Shown: positions 47,184 through 56,782, numbered from the stretch's first letter. The stretch is 60,126 nucleotides of DNA from Burkholderiales bacterium (GCA_036394595.1 DASWEU010000124.1:1-60126), one strand, 5' to 3'. Translations and numbers: made by a program. Notes: generated from the letters alone by a model not told the origin.

Positions 47184-47888
47184 GGCTTCCTTTTTCCAAA
47201 GCTCCCAGGGCCGCTCCAGCGTACCGGCGTTCGCCGCCGTCGAGCGGCGTCCCTCTTCGTCGCTGAGAAACTCGATCGGCCCCTCGAGCTGGCCGGCCTG
47301 AATCTGCAGGCGGGCATTCATCTCGGTGTAGATGGCGCGAAATACCGCCTCGGGAATGCTGCCTCCCACCACGGTCATGCCGTGGCCCCGCATCAAGACA
47401 CAAGTACACGTGCCCAATGACTTCGCCAGCGCTTGGCCCAGGGGCCGGTCGCGCACCAGCAAATCGTTTTGTTCCCGGGTTTTTCTGATATCGAAAACCG
47501 GAACACCGGACCAGAGAAACGAGCCCATGTGATAGACCGGCCTGAGCTTGGTGCGCGTGATGCCGAACGGGATCGACGAGGGCGAGTGGCTGTGCACCAC
47601 CGCCATGACCTCGGGCCGCGCGCGGTAGATCTCGCCGTGGATGTAGCGCTCGATGAAGCCCTTGCGCTTGTCGCCGGGCAGCGCCTCGCTGTCGGCATCC
47701 CACTCCATCAGGTCGGCCACCGTCACCAGCGCCGGCGCGACGGCGCGCGACATGATGAAGCGGTCGGAGCGCTCGTCGCTGCGCGCGCTGACATGCCCGT
47801 AGCCGTCGAGCACTTCGTGGCGCGCGAGGACGCGGCTGGCGGCGACCAGGTCCTGCCGCAGTCCCTTGCTGGCGGAGATCTTTTTCAT
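47169..47888 (-). CDS. class II aldolase/adducin family protein
   Basis: GYGHVSAR, VVHSHSP and MRGHGMTVVG motifs. The start is placed at ATG 47888 (ATGA overlap with the upstream stop). Confidence 0.88.
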   Translation of the reverse strand: MKKISASKGLRQDLVAASRVLARHEVLDGYGHVSARSDERSDRFIMSRAVAPALVTVADLMEWDADSEALPGDKRKGFIERYIHGEIYRARPEVMAVVHSHSPSSIPFGITRTKLRPVYHMGSFLWSGVPVFDIRKTREQNDLLVRDRPLGQALAKSLGTCTCVLMRGHGMTVVGGSIPEAVFRAIYTEMNARLQIQAGQLEGPIEFLSDEEGRRSTAANAGTLERPWELWKKEALGRK

Positions 47889-49090
47889 CGGTGTCGCAAC
47901 TCCCTCAAGCGCGGCATGAACACGAGCATCGCAATCGTCGCCCCCGCCGAAGCTGCCGCCACCGCCAGCGAGGCGCTGCGCACCCCCACCAGGTCGGCCA
48001 GCGGCCCGGCTAGCAGCGCGCCAAGCGAGATGAACGCAGGATAAAGCATCGACAGGCTGACAATGCGGCCGCGCATCGCCTCGGGCGCGCACATCTGAAG
48101 CATGGCGAGATTGCTCGCCGTATGCGCCATCTCGGCGGCGCCGCCGACAAAGCCACACAGCATCGCGATGCCGACGGTGGGACTGGCGGCGACGCCGGCC
48201 ACCGCCAGCGCCATGACCAGCGCCCATCCGGCCTGGAGCAGGCCCTGCCGTTCGGCGCGCGCAAGCGCATTCGCCACCAATCCGCCAACGGTGCCACCGA
48301 GGCCCACGCTGGTCAGCAACAAGCCCAGCACCTCGGGTCCGGCGGCGAAGACGTCCTTGGTATAGATCGGGAACAGCGTTCCCCACACTGGCACCAGCAG
48401 AAAATAGGGCAGCACGCCGATGGCCAGCAGCGCCCGCGTCGTCGGATCGCCTGCTGCGTGGCGTAATCCTTCGACCATCTCGGTGACTGCGGAGCGCCCG
48501 GCGATCGCCGGCCGCCGCGGCGGAAAAGTCACCATCAGGACCGCGATGCCCGACGCCGCATAGAGAATCCCCTGGACGAAGAATGTGCCGGCGGCGCCGA
48601 CTCCCGCGATGAGGTAGCCCGCGAACACCGGGCCGAACACCCGCATCAGCGAGAAGCCCATGGTGTTGAGCGCCACTGCGTTGACCGCAATCTCGCGCGG
48701 CACCAGCTCGAAGCCCGCAGTCATGCGCGCCGGCCGGTCGAGGACGTTGGAGGCGCCCATCAGGAAGGTGAAGGCGAACAGCATCCACGTGCCGACGATC
48801 TCGAGCGCCAGCGCGGCGCCGAAGGCGAGCGACACTGCGGCGGCGAGCCCCTGGCTAATCTGCAACAGCCGCTTTCGATCGTAGCGGTCGGCCGCCACGC
48901 CGGAGAGCGGCGTCAGCAGGAGGATGGGGATGGCGCGCACGCCGAGCACTGCGCCGAGCAGCGCGCCCGAGCCGGTGATCTCGTAGACCACCCAGCCCAT
49001 CGCCGCCTGCTGGATCCACTGGCTCGACCAGGAGCACAGCGAGCTCGCCCATAGCCTGCGGAAGTCGCGGTGCGCGAGCGGCGATGCCAG
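47885..49090 (-). CDS. MFS transporter (MFS_3/EntS-like); probable CTG start
   Basis: The ORF-track ORF starts at ATG 49000. The family-typical N-terminus (..HRDFRRLWASSLCSWSSQWIQQAA..) is encoded in frame upstream, with no ATG/GTG/TTG. CTG at 49090 directly abuts the upstream TGA (49093-49091). Confidence 0.8.
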   Translation of the reverse strand: MASPLAHRDFRRLWASSLCSWSSQWIQQAAMGWVVYEITGSGALLGAVLGVRAIPILLLTPLSGVAADRYDRKRLLQISQGLAAAVSLAFGAALALEIVGTWMLFAFTFLMGASNVLDRPARMTAGFELVPREIAVNAVALNTMGFSLMRVFGPVFAGYLIAGVGAAGTFFVQGILYAASGIAVLMVTFPPRRPAIAGRSAVTEMVEGLRHAAGDPTTRALLAIGVLPYFLLVPVWGTLFPIYTKDVFAAGPEVLGLLLTSVGLGGTVGGLVANALARAERQGLLQAGWALVMALAVAGVAASPTVGIAMLCGFVGGAAEMAHTASNLAMLQMCAPEAMRGRIVSLSMLYPAFISLGALLAGPLADLVGVRSASLAVAAASAGATIAMLVFMPRLRELRHR

Positions 49091-50857
49091 TCAGCGCCTC
49101 GCGGGCGATGCCGCTCCGCTCATGTTGGCGTCGTAGCCCGGCAGGACTCGCACGTCCACGACGCAGACCTTCCCGGATTTGACCGACTGAATTGCCTTTT
49201 GCAGTACCGGAAGAAGATCTTCTGAATTTACAACAGGACCAAATCCTTCCGCACCCTGTGCGCGCGCCATCATTGCCAAGTCGATATCCGGCTCGTCAAT
49301 ACGCTGGCCGATCCACTTGTTCTCGACCGGCCGCGCGCGCTCCTTCGCCACCCGCTCCTGGTGCATCTCGTCGTTGAAGAAGGAGCGGTTGTTGGCGACG
49401 AGGATCAGGCAAGGCATGCGGTAATGCGTCGCCGTCCACAGCGCCGTGACGCCCATCAGGAAATCGCCGTCGCCGAGGATGCCTGCGGCAATTCGCTTTT
49501 CTCCTTTTAGCGCCAGCGCGGTGCCGACCACCAGCCCCGGTCCCGCTCCGACGCCGCCGCCGCCGTCCGCGCCGAGGTAATCGAGCGGATGCCGGAAATG
49601 CCGGTACGCGCCATTCCAGCCGAGCGGCAGCCGCGCGAGACAGATGTCGAGTCCCGCGGTGGCTTCGTTGAAGGCCTCGGCGAGAGCGCGAATGGAGAGG
49701 ACGTCGTCTTTTTTCCAGGCAGGATCATTTTTCGGAGAAACCGGACCCATTCTCAATTTCACCGATTCCAGAAGCAGCGGCAGAACAGGATCCGGCTCGC
49801 ACATCAGGTACAGGTCCGCCGGCGGCAGCCCCTGGTAGTCCATGCTCCAGCCGCGATGCGAGTGGGCGTCCGGCGATACGAGGATGACCTTCGCGCCGAC
49901 CGGCGTTTCGCCCCAGGCCTGCTTCAGCGTGCCAGCCGTATCGATCCAGTCGAGCGACAGCACGACGTCGGCCTCGCGCAGCGCCTTCTTCCCTTCTTCG
50001 CCCAGGAACGTCGCCGGCGACGCAGCGTGCAAGGGATGATCGGTGGGGAATGCGGCGCCCGCCTTCAGGTCCGTGAGGACCTTGGCATTGAGCTTCTCGG
50101 CCAGTGCGACGCGATTCTTCCAGTCGCCTACAGAACGCGAACTGCGCCCGGCCAGAATGACCGGGGTCTTCGCCGCGGACAGAATGTTGGCCGCCTTTTG
50201 AAGAGTATCTTTCGCTGGAACAACAGAAGGCGGGGCACGAAACCGCAATACGTCGGGAAGCACCGGCAGCGGCCCGATCTTGGCTTCCTGCAGAGCCGCG
50301 TCGAGGTTGACGTACGTCGGCCCGCGCGGGGCAGTGTCGGCGATCTGCACGGCGCGCAGCAGCGCCTCGTAGGCCGCCGGCACCGAGGCTGGCTGGTTGT
50401 CCCACTTGGTGTAGTCGCGCACCAGCGCGCCTTGGTCCGAAGCGGTGTGCAGCCAGTCGATCCAGGGCCGGCGCTTGGCGGCATCCCAGGGGCCGGTGGC
50501 GCCGAGTATCAGCATCGGCATGCGGTCGCACCAGGCGTTGAAGATGGCCATCGTGCCGTGCATCAGGCCGACGTTGGAGTGCAGCACCACGCCCATCATG
50601 CGGCCGGCGGCGCGCGCGTAGCCGTGCGCGATCGCCACCGCCGATTCCTCGTGCAGGCAAAGCAGCATCTGCGGCCGGTCGTTGCCGAGGTAATTGACGA
50701 TGCTGTCGTGCAGGCCGCGATAGCTTGCGCCCGGGTTCAGCGCGAGATACGGGATGTCGAGCGCGCGCAGCATGGCAGCGACCGCGTCACTGCCATAAAG
50801 ATTTTCATTATTTAAAACAGAAGAAACGGGTACGTCGCGGAGAAACTCAGTCGCCAC
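49091..50857 (-). CDS. thiamine diphosphate-dependent enzyme (acetolactate synthase large subunit-like)
   Basis: Three-domain length (588 aa) with the ThDP motif GDGDFLM...NN. Confidence 0.88.
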   Translation of the reverse strand: MATEFLRDVPVSSVLNNENLYGSDAVAAMLRALDIPYLALNPGASYRGLHDSIVNYLGNDRPQMLLCLHEESAVAIAHGYARAAGRMMGVVLHSNVGLMHGTMAIFNAWCDRMPMLILGATGPWDAAKRRPWIDWLHTASDQGALVRDYTKWDNQPASVPAAYEALLRAVQIADTAPRGPTYVNLDAALQEAKIGPLPVLPDVLRFRAPPSVVPAKDTLQKAANILSAAKTPVILAGRSSRSVGDWKNRVALAEKLNAKVLTDLKAGAAFPTDHPLHAASPATFLGEEGKKALREADVVLSLDWIDTAGTLKQAWGETPVGAKVILVSPDAHSHRGWSMDYQGLPPADLYLMCEPDPVLPLLLESVKLRMGPVSPKNDPAWKKDDVLSIRALAEAFNEATAGLDICLARLPLGWNGAYRHFRHPLDYLGADGGGGVGAGPGLVVGTALALKGEKRIAAGILGDGDFLMGVTALWTATHYRMPCLILVANNRSFFNDEMHQERVAKERARPVENKWIGQRIDEPDIDLAMMARAQGAEGFGPVVNSEDLLPVLQKAIQSVKSGKVCVVDVRVLPGYDANMSGAASPARR

Positions 50858-51824
50858 GGATGCCTGCCTCCTTGATCAACTTGCCCCACTTCGCGTGGTC
50901 GTCGCGAATGAAGCGCGCGAAGTCGGCCGGCGAATTGGTCACCAGCTCGATGCCCTGCGGGCCGAGCCTGGCTTTCAGTTCGGTGCCACCGAGAATCCTG
51001 GCCACCTCCGCGTGAATTTTCGCGACGATATCCTGCGGCGTTTTCGCCGGCACGAATAATCCCAGCCACGGGTCGAGCGCATAGCCCGGGACGGTCTCCG
51101 CGATGGCCGGCACGCCGCCGAGGTTGGCGAAGCGCTCGGGCGCGCTGCTGGCGAGCAGGCGGAGCTTGCCCTCCTTCGTGTGCGGCAGCAGGGTATTCGC
51201 CGCGCCGATCCAGACCTGGATGCGCCCCGGCAGCAGGTCGGCGATCGCCGGCGCCGCGCCTTTGTAGGGCACGTGATTCATCTTGATCCCGCCCAGCACC
51301 TGCAACAGCGTCGCGCCCAGGTGCTGCGGGCTGCCATTGCCGGAGGAGCCGAAGTTCAACTCGCCCGGCTTCGACTTGGCGTAGGCGATCAGCTCGGCCA
51401 CCGAGTTCGCCGGCACATCGGGATGCACCACCAGCAGGAACTGGATGCGCGCGACTTCCGTGACGGGTTGCAGGTCGTTCAGCGGATCGAAGGGTTGCTT
51501 GCCGAGATGGGGATTGACCGAAAACACGTTGTCCGGCGCCAGCAGCCAGGTGTAGCCGTCCGGCACGCTCTTCGCCACCAGGTCGGCGCCGATGTTCTGG
51601 CTGCCGCCGGTGCGGTTTTCCACCACCGCCGGCTGGTTCCAGCTGCCCTGCAGGCCCTGCGCAATGGCGCGGGCGATGGTGTCGGGCGAGCCCCCCGGCG
51701 TCAGCGGCACGATGATGCGGATCGGCCGCTCGGGAAAGCCTTGCGCCGCGCATGCCGTCGAAATGGCAAAAAACGCCGCGCCCGCAAGCCACCCGCCCAT
51801 GGTTTCCCCTCCGTATTGCTGCAA
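50847..51824 (-). CDS. Bug-family (TctC-like) tripartite tricarboxylate transporter substrate-binding protein
   Basis: Signal peptide followed by FPERPIRIIVPLTPGGSPD, typical of Bug proteins. An alternative start lies at ATG 51800. Confidence 0.85.
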   Translation of the reverse strand: MQQYGGETMGGWLAGAAFFAISTACAAQGFPERPIRIIVPLTPGGSPDTIARAIAQGLQGSWNQPAVVENRTGGSQNIGADLVAKSVPDGYTWLLAPDNVFSVNPHLGKQPFDPLNDLQPVTEVARIQFLLVVHPDVPANSVAELIAYAKSKPGELNFGSSGNGSPQHLGATLLQVLGGIKMNHVPYKGAAPAIADLLPGRIQVWIGAANTLLPHTKEGKLRLLASSAPERFANLGGVPAIAETVPGYALDPWLGLFVPAKTPQDIVAKIHAEVARILGGTELKARLGPQGIELVTNSPADFARFIRDDHAKWGKLIKEAGIRGD

Positions 51825-51832
51825 CGCGCAGT

Positions 51833-52726
51833 TTACCTCGGCTGAGCAGCCAGGCTCACCTTATCCAGGGCCGCTCTCAATCCCCTGGCCAGTTTTTGCG
51901 CGTCGTCGTTCGCCCAGTAGTGCATGAAGAAAAGCCGCGGCTGTTCCTCGAGCATGTGGCTGTGCAGCGCGGTTACTTCGATGCCGTTGTCGCGCAGCGT
52001 CCGTAGCACGGGATTCACCTCCGTCGCCACGAGCACAAAATCGCCGGTGATGGCAGCCTTGCCTCCACCCGTCGGCTGGAAGTTGATGACGATTCCAGAA
52101 CCAGCCGCAATTGGCACCGCCATTCCACCGTCCGTGATGGATTCGGCGCGCGCGATGTTGAATTGATAGACGCCGCCGTTTGCCGACCCCTTCGCGCTTA
52201 GGGTGCGCTCGATAGCGCCGGTGTCGAGGTCGATCGGCGGCGGCGAGCCGGCGGACGCCGGAACGGCCATCGGCGTATTGCTTGCCGCCAGTGCTTCGCG
52301 AAGTGCCGTCGCCAGCTTTACCGGATCGCCGTGCCCGGAGAAATGCATGTACATGGTGGCTGGCGACGAGCGCAAAAGATGGTTATGCACGGCGGTGATC
52401 TCGATCCCGCCGTCGATCAGCTTCCTCATCACCGGATTCACCTCCTCGTGCAGGAGCACAAGGTCCCCCATCACCATGCCCTCGCTGCCCATTCTCTGGA
52501 ACGCGAGGTACGAACCCAACGCAAGCGATGGCCTGATCGACACGCCGTCGAGCGTCACTTTGAGATCGCTACGGCCGAGGCCGACGCGATACACGCCCCC
52601 GGGCATTTCGCTACCCGATCGTCCAAGCGCCTTTGCGACCGGGTCCCACGTGCCTTGGGCAAAGGCCACGGGACACAAGCCGACAGCCAAGGGCAAGACA
52701 AACATGCTGAATATTGCGGATTTCAT
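51833..52726 (-). CDS. secreted DUF1259 (LppY/LpqO-like) two-repeat protein
   Basis: Signal peptide and two internal repeats each ending in a xTAxH(N/S)H motif (ITAVHNHLL, VTALHSHML). The family assignment is from memory of the motif, so confidence is moderate. Confidence 0.5.
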   Translation of the reverse strand: MKSAIFSMFVLPLAVGLCPVAFAQGTWDPVAKALGRSGSEMPGGVYRVGLGRSDLKVTLDGVSIRPSLALGSYLAFQRMGSEGMVMGDLVLLHEEVNPVMRKLIDGGIEITAVHNHLLRSSPATMYMHFSGHGDPVKLATALREALAASNTPMAVPASAGSPPPIDLDTGAIERTLSAKGSANGGVYQFNIARAESITDGGMAVPIAAGSGIVINFQPTGGGKAAITGDFVLVATEVNPVLRTLRDNGIEVTALHSHMLEEQPRLFFMHYWANDDAQKLARGLRAALDKVSLAAQPR

Positions 52727-52810
52727 TGACTGATCTCCTTTTGTTTCCCCTGTAGCTCCCCGAAGATTCCTTCGACCGGTGCCCTAACGTTAGGTTTCCA
52801 ATTTCTAAGG

Positions 52811-53986
52811 TCAGGAACGGGCTTCGACCCGCCGGAAGGCGACGAACAACGCCAGGTCGTAAGCGATCTTCAGGACTCCGCAGGCCACCAGCGGCGTGGC
52901 CATGGCGCCAGCGGCAAACATCACCCCGGTTAGCGACGGGCTCAGGGCCGACGCCAGGCTCCTAGGCACCGCGGTAAAGCTCGCCGCCGCAGGGCGCTCG
53001 GCCGGCGTGACTACCGACATGACGAAGGCGCTGCGCGCCGGGACGTCCATCTGCGAGAGCGCGCTGCGTACGAAAAGCAGAACCAGCGTCAGCTCGAGAC
53101 TTGTCGTGAACGCGGCAGCGATCAGGCACAAGTTGGCGGGGATGTGCGTGAATACCATGGTGTTAATTAGGCCGACACGCCGCGCCAGCACCGGCGCGAG
53201 GAGCTGCGATACCGCGCTCAGAGAGCCGGTCCAGAAGAAGAACGCGCCTGCAGCGGTGAGCGAGAGGTCGAAGCGGTCGAACAGCCACAGCGCAAGCAGC
53301 GAGTTGATCACCAGCCCGCCGGCGAACGAGTCCACGCTGAACAAGGCGGCGAGCCTCCAGACCATGGCGCGCGACGGCCCGAGCGGCGCGGGCGCGGGAT
53401 CGCCCTCCTCGCGCACCTCGGGCAGGCGGCGGTACAGCAGCCAGGCGGCGACGCCGATCAGGGCATAGACCAAAAACATGCCGCGCAGGGCCTGCAGCAA
53501 GGGGACGCCGTCCGGCCCGTCGAGCCATTCCGGAATTCCTGCCGCGAGCGCGCCGAAAGCGCCAGAAGCCGAGCCGGTGAAGCTATAGCGGCCGAAGGCG
53601 GTGGCGCGGTGCTCGGCGGAGATCGCCGAGGCGAGCACCGAGTGCTCCAGCGGCAGAAATGCGCTCGAGTCGCCGCCGCTCGGATTGAGCGGTCCGAGGA
53701 AGGCCACCACCAGCAGCGGCCAGAGCGATTCGAAGGCGGCGAATCCGACGCCAGTTGCCGCCATCAGCACCGCCATGGCCAGGAGCATGCGCCGCAGCGA
53801 GTGCCGGTGGCCCCAGCGGCCCACGGCCAGCGTTGCCAGCGCAGAGCCGAGCAGCGTCGCGGTGCTGAGGACGCCGACTTCGACCTGGCTCAGCCCGAGA
53901 GCCAGCAGGTAAGCCGGCAGCACGACGGCGACAAAGCCGTCGGCAAAGGCGCGCAGGCCCCGCGCGGTGAGCAGCGTGCCGATCAT
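52811..53986 (-). CDS. MFS transporter
   Basis: Multiple TM segments. The start is placed at ATG 53986 (MIGTLLTARGLRAF), forming an ATGA overlap with the upstream stop. The longer ORF-track version overlaps the upstream gene. Confidence 0.82.
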   Translation of the reverse strand: MIGTLLTARGLRAFADGFVAVVLPAYLLALGLSQVEVGVLSTATLLGSALATLAVGRWGHRHSLRRMLLAMAVLMAATGVGFAAFESLWPLLVVAFLGPLNPSGGDSSAFLPLEHSVLASAISAEHRATAFGRYSFTGSASGAFGALAAGIPEWLDGPDGVPLLQALRGMFLVYALIGVAAWLLYRRLPEVREEGDPAPAPLGPSRAMVWRLAALFSVDSFAGGLVINSLLALWLFDRFDLSLTAAGAFFFWTGSLSAVSQLLAPVLARRVGLINTMVFTHIPANLCLIAAAFTTSLELTLVLLFVRSALSQMDVPARSAFVMSVVTPAERPAAASFTAVPRSLASALSPSLTGVMFAAGAMATPLVACGVLKIAYDLALFVAFRRVEARS

Positions 53987-54603
53987 TTCGCGGAACCGAA
54001 GGAGAAGTCGTCGAACGCCGTCACGCTGTCCGCCTTGGTCCAAAGCCCCACCGCCCCTGGCCCGGCAATGCGCGCATCCTCGAGATCGATGTAGGTCTTG
54101 CCGTTGAGGGCGACGCGAACGCGCTTGCCCGAGAATTCGACGCGCAGCGTGTGCCAAGTCTTCGGCGGCACGGGTACGTCGACGTACTTGATCGTGATCC
54201 GCCGTCCGCCTTGCGTGTAGTAAAGCGAAACGTTGTTCTCGAGCGCGTTGGCCCTGGCGACGTAGTAGTTGTCGCCGTCCTTCCAGCGCCACACCACGCC
54301 GCCGGCCTGGTCTTCGCTGCCCGCCAGCGCCTTGAACTTCACCTCGACGAAGCCGTTCTCAATCGCCGTGCCGCGCCGCACGCACCAAGGAAAGCTGCCG
54401 ACCCCGCTTTGGCGCAGCACATTCGGCTTGCTCGGCGCGGACTCGTCCTGCGCCACAGCCCAGCGCGCAGCTCCGCGCCCGGTGACGCCTTCCTGCCAGG
54501 CAAGCGGCAGCGAGCCGGGGACATCGGTGTCGAAACTGACGGTCTCGGCAGTGGCTGCCGTTGCGGCAAAGACGGTCACCGCGGCCATGCATACCTGCTT
54601 CAC
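53983..54603 (-). CDS. secreted concanavalin-A-like lectin/glucanase fold protein (DUF1080-like)
   Basis: Signal peptide MKQVCMAAVTVFAATAATA and a beta-rich body with GFVEVKFKAL, WHTLRVEF and GAVGLWTK..FDDF, typical of DUF1080/LamG-like proteins. Confidence 0.5.
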   Translation of the reverse strand: MKQVCMAAVTVFAATAATAETVSFDTDVPGSLPLAWQEGVTGRGAARWAVAQDESAPSKPNVLRQSGVGSFPWCVRRGTAIENGFVEVKFKALAGSEDQAGGVVWRWKDGDNYYVARANALENNVSLYYTQGGRRITIKYVDVPVPPKTWHTLRVEFSGKRVRVALNGKTYIDLEDARIAGPGAVGLWTKADSVTAFDDFSFGSAK

Positions 54604-54779
54604 GTGAGCTCCTTCCCGGCCAGTCGCCGGAGTCAGAGCAGAACTTGGACGCGGAGCGTCTCGGATACGGGGAGTCTGCCGGCACCCCCGCCTGCAACGG
54701 CCCTCAGTTTATTTCTTCGCTTCCGGGAATGCAACCAGGCGTTACACTCGCGCCTTCCCGAAATTCGAGGAGCTCGACG

Positions 54780-55328
54780 ATGAACGTACTTGGCGTTTCC
54801 GGCAGCCTGCGCAAGGCTTCCTTCAACACCGCGGCGCTGCGCGCCTGCGCCGAGCTGATGCCGGCGGGCATGACGCTCAGCATTGCCGAGATCGGCGACC
54901 TGCCGCTCTTCAACCAGGATGTGCTCGACGCCGGGATGCCGGCACCGGTCAAGCGCTTCCGCGACGCGCTTACCGCCGCCGACGGACTGCTGATCGCCAG
55001 CCCGGAATACAACTTCTCCGTGACACCGGCGCTCAAGAACGCCATCGACTGGGCCTCGCGCCCGCCCAACCAGGCCTTCCAGGACAAGCCGATCGCCATC
55101 TTCTCGGCCTCGATGGGGCCGATGGGCGGCGCGCGAGTTCAATACGACCTGCGCCGCATCCTCGGCCAGCTGTGGGGCCACGTGCTGCCGCGTCCCGAGG
55201 TATTCATCGGCACGGCTCAGGGCAAGTTCGACGCGCAAGGCAAGATCACCGACGAGGCGACCCGCAAGTTCCTCACCGAACTCATGGTCGGCCTGCGGGA
55301 CTGGATTACACGGATGAAGAAGAAGTAG
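54780..55328 (+). CDS. NADPH-dependent FMN reductase
   Basis: LGVSGSLRKASFNTAAL and SPEYNFSVTPALKNAIDW motifs. The start is placed at ATG 54780. Confidence 0.88.
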   Translation: MNVLGVSGSLRKASFNTAALRACAELMPAGMTLSIAEIGDLPLFNQDVLDAGMPAPVKRFRDALTAADGLLIASPEYNFSVTPALKNAIDWASRPPNQAFQDKPIAIFSASMGPMGGARVQYDLRRILGQLWGHVLPRPEVFIGTAQGKFDAQGKITDEATRKFLTELMVGLRDWITRMKKK

Positions 55329-56046
55329 CCAGCGCGAAATATAAATCGGAAAGATCCGGGCGCCGCGCCAGGCTCGCCGTCGAGTCGCTCAGCGCAACAC
55401 GGCCTTTGATCATGACGTAGGCGCGGCTGGCAAAGCCGAGCGCGATGTCGAGCTTCTGCTCGACCATCAGCATGGTGAGTCCCGCTTCCCTCAGTTTTTC
55501 GAGGGAATTCCGTATTTCCGCCACCACGAGCGGCGCGAGGCCGAGGAACGGCTCGTCCAGCAGCAGCAGGCGCGGCGCGCTCATCAGCGCGCGCCCGATG
55601 GCCAGCATCTGCTGCTCGCCCCCCGATAGCGTGCCGGCCGGCTGGCGGCGGCGCTCGGCCAGGCGCGGAAACAAGCTGAAGACGAACGCGTAGCGCTCCT
55701 GCAGGTCGCCCCGCAGCCGGATGGCGCCGAGGCGCAGATTGTCCTCGACGCTGAACGGCGCGAACATCAGTCGGCCTTCCGGTACCAGGGCGATGCCTCG
55801 CGAGACTATTTGATGGCTTTTCAAACTGCAAAGATTTTTATCTTGAAAGGCAATTTCGCCCCCCCGTTGCGCAATCGTCCCGGTTATCGCGGCCAGCAGC
55901 GTTGACTTGCCGGCGCCGTTCGGCCCGAGCAGCGTCACGGTCTCGCCCTTCTCCACTTCGAGGCACACCCCGCGCAGCACCGGCGCGCCGCCGTAGCCAG
56001 CGGTCAGGTCAGCGAGCCGCAGCATGTTCGCTCCCGAGGTAGGCAT
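55306..56046 (-). CDS. livF: branched-chain amino acid ABC transporter ATP-binding protein
   Basis: Walker A GPNGAGKST, signature LSGGEQQML and Walker B LLLLDEP. The start is at 56046 or ATG 56025. Confidence 0.9.
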   Translation of the reverse strand: MPTSGANMLRLADLTAGYGGAPVLRGVCLEVEKGETVTLLGPNGAGKSTLLAAITGTIAQRGGEIAFQDKNLCSLKSHQIVSRGIALVPEGRLMFAPFSVEDNLRLGAIRLRGDLQERYAFVFSLFPRLAERRRQPAGTLSGGEQQMLAIGRALMSAPRLLLLDEPFLGLAPLVVAEIRNSLEKLREAGLTMLMVEQKLDIALGFASRAYVMIKGRVALSDSTASLARRPDLSDLYFALATSSSSV

Positions 56047-56782
56047 CCGTCACCGCACGGTTGGCGCGGATCTCGGCCGGCAGGCCGTCGGCAATCTTGG
56101 CGCCGAAATTCAGCACCACCACGCGGTGCGCTAGCGGCAGCAGGAAATGCATGTCGTGCTCGATCAGCAGCACGGCGATGCCGCGATCCGCGATGCCGCG
56201 GATGATCCCGGCCAGGCGCGCGAGCTCGTCCGGCGTCAGGCCCGCTGCCGGCTCGTCCAGCAGCAGCAGGCGCGGCTCGCCGGCGAGCGCGCGCGCGATC
56301 TCCAGCAGGCGGCCCTGGCCGAAGGACAGCGTGGTGACGTCGGCGTCGCCAAGATCTCCGAGGCCGACGAACCTGACGAGCGCTTCGGCCTTCTGGCGCA
56401 TGGCCGTTTCTTCCTTAAAAGAACTCTCTGCAAGTAAATTCCAAAGACGGGAACGAAAACGCGCATGGGCCCCCACCATCACGTTATCGATCACTGGCAT
56501 GCCGGCGAAGGGGCGGTTGTGCTGGAAGGTGCGCATCACGCCGCGCGCAGCGATCTGGTGCGGCGCGAGGCCGAACAACGATTCGCCGGCGAACCGCGCC
56601 TCCCCGGCGTCGGCAGCGTAGGTGCCGGCGATGACGTTGAAGGTGGTGCTTTTGCCCGCGCCGTTGGGGCCGATCATGCCGAGGATCTCGCCCTCGCCCA
56701 CCTCGAAGTCGAGCTGCGTCACGGCAGTCAAGCCGCCGAAGCGTTTGCAGAGACCGTTGACTTGAAGAATCGTTTTATTCAT
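56009..56782 (-). CDS. livG: branched-chain amino acid ABC transporter ATP-binding protein
   Basis: Walker A GPNGAGKST, signature LSFGQGRLLEIARAL and Walker B LLLLDEPAAG. Confidence 0.9.
   Translation of the reverse strand: MNKTILQVNGLCKRFGGLTAVTQLDFEVGEGEILGMIGPNGAGKSTTFNVIAGTYAADAGEARFAGESLFGLAPHQIAARGVMRTFQHNRPFAGMPVIDNVMVGAHARFRSRLWNLLAESSFKEETAMRQKAEALVRFVGLGDLGDADVTTLSFGQGRLLEIARALAGEPRLLLLDEPAAGLTPDELARLAGIIRGIADRGIAVLLIEHDMHFLLPLAHRVVVLNFGAKIADGLPAEIRANRAVTDAYLGSEHAAAR

Noticed and set aside
54604-54779. Short palindromes TTCCGGGAA and CGAAATTCG in the divergent promoter region between the DUF1080-like gene and the FMN reductase gene.
   Set aside because: They are too short (9 bp) to distinguish from chance, and no regulator gene is adjacent.
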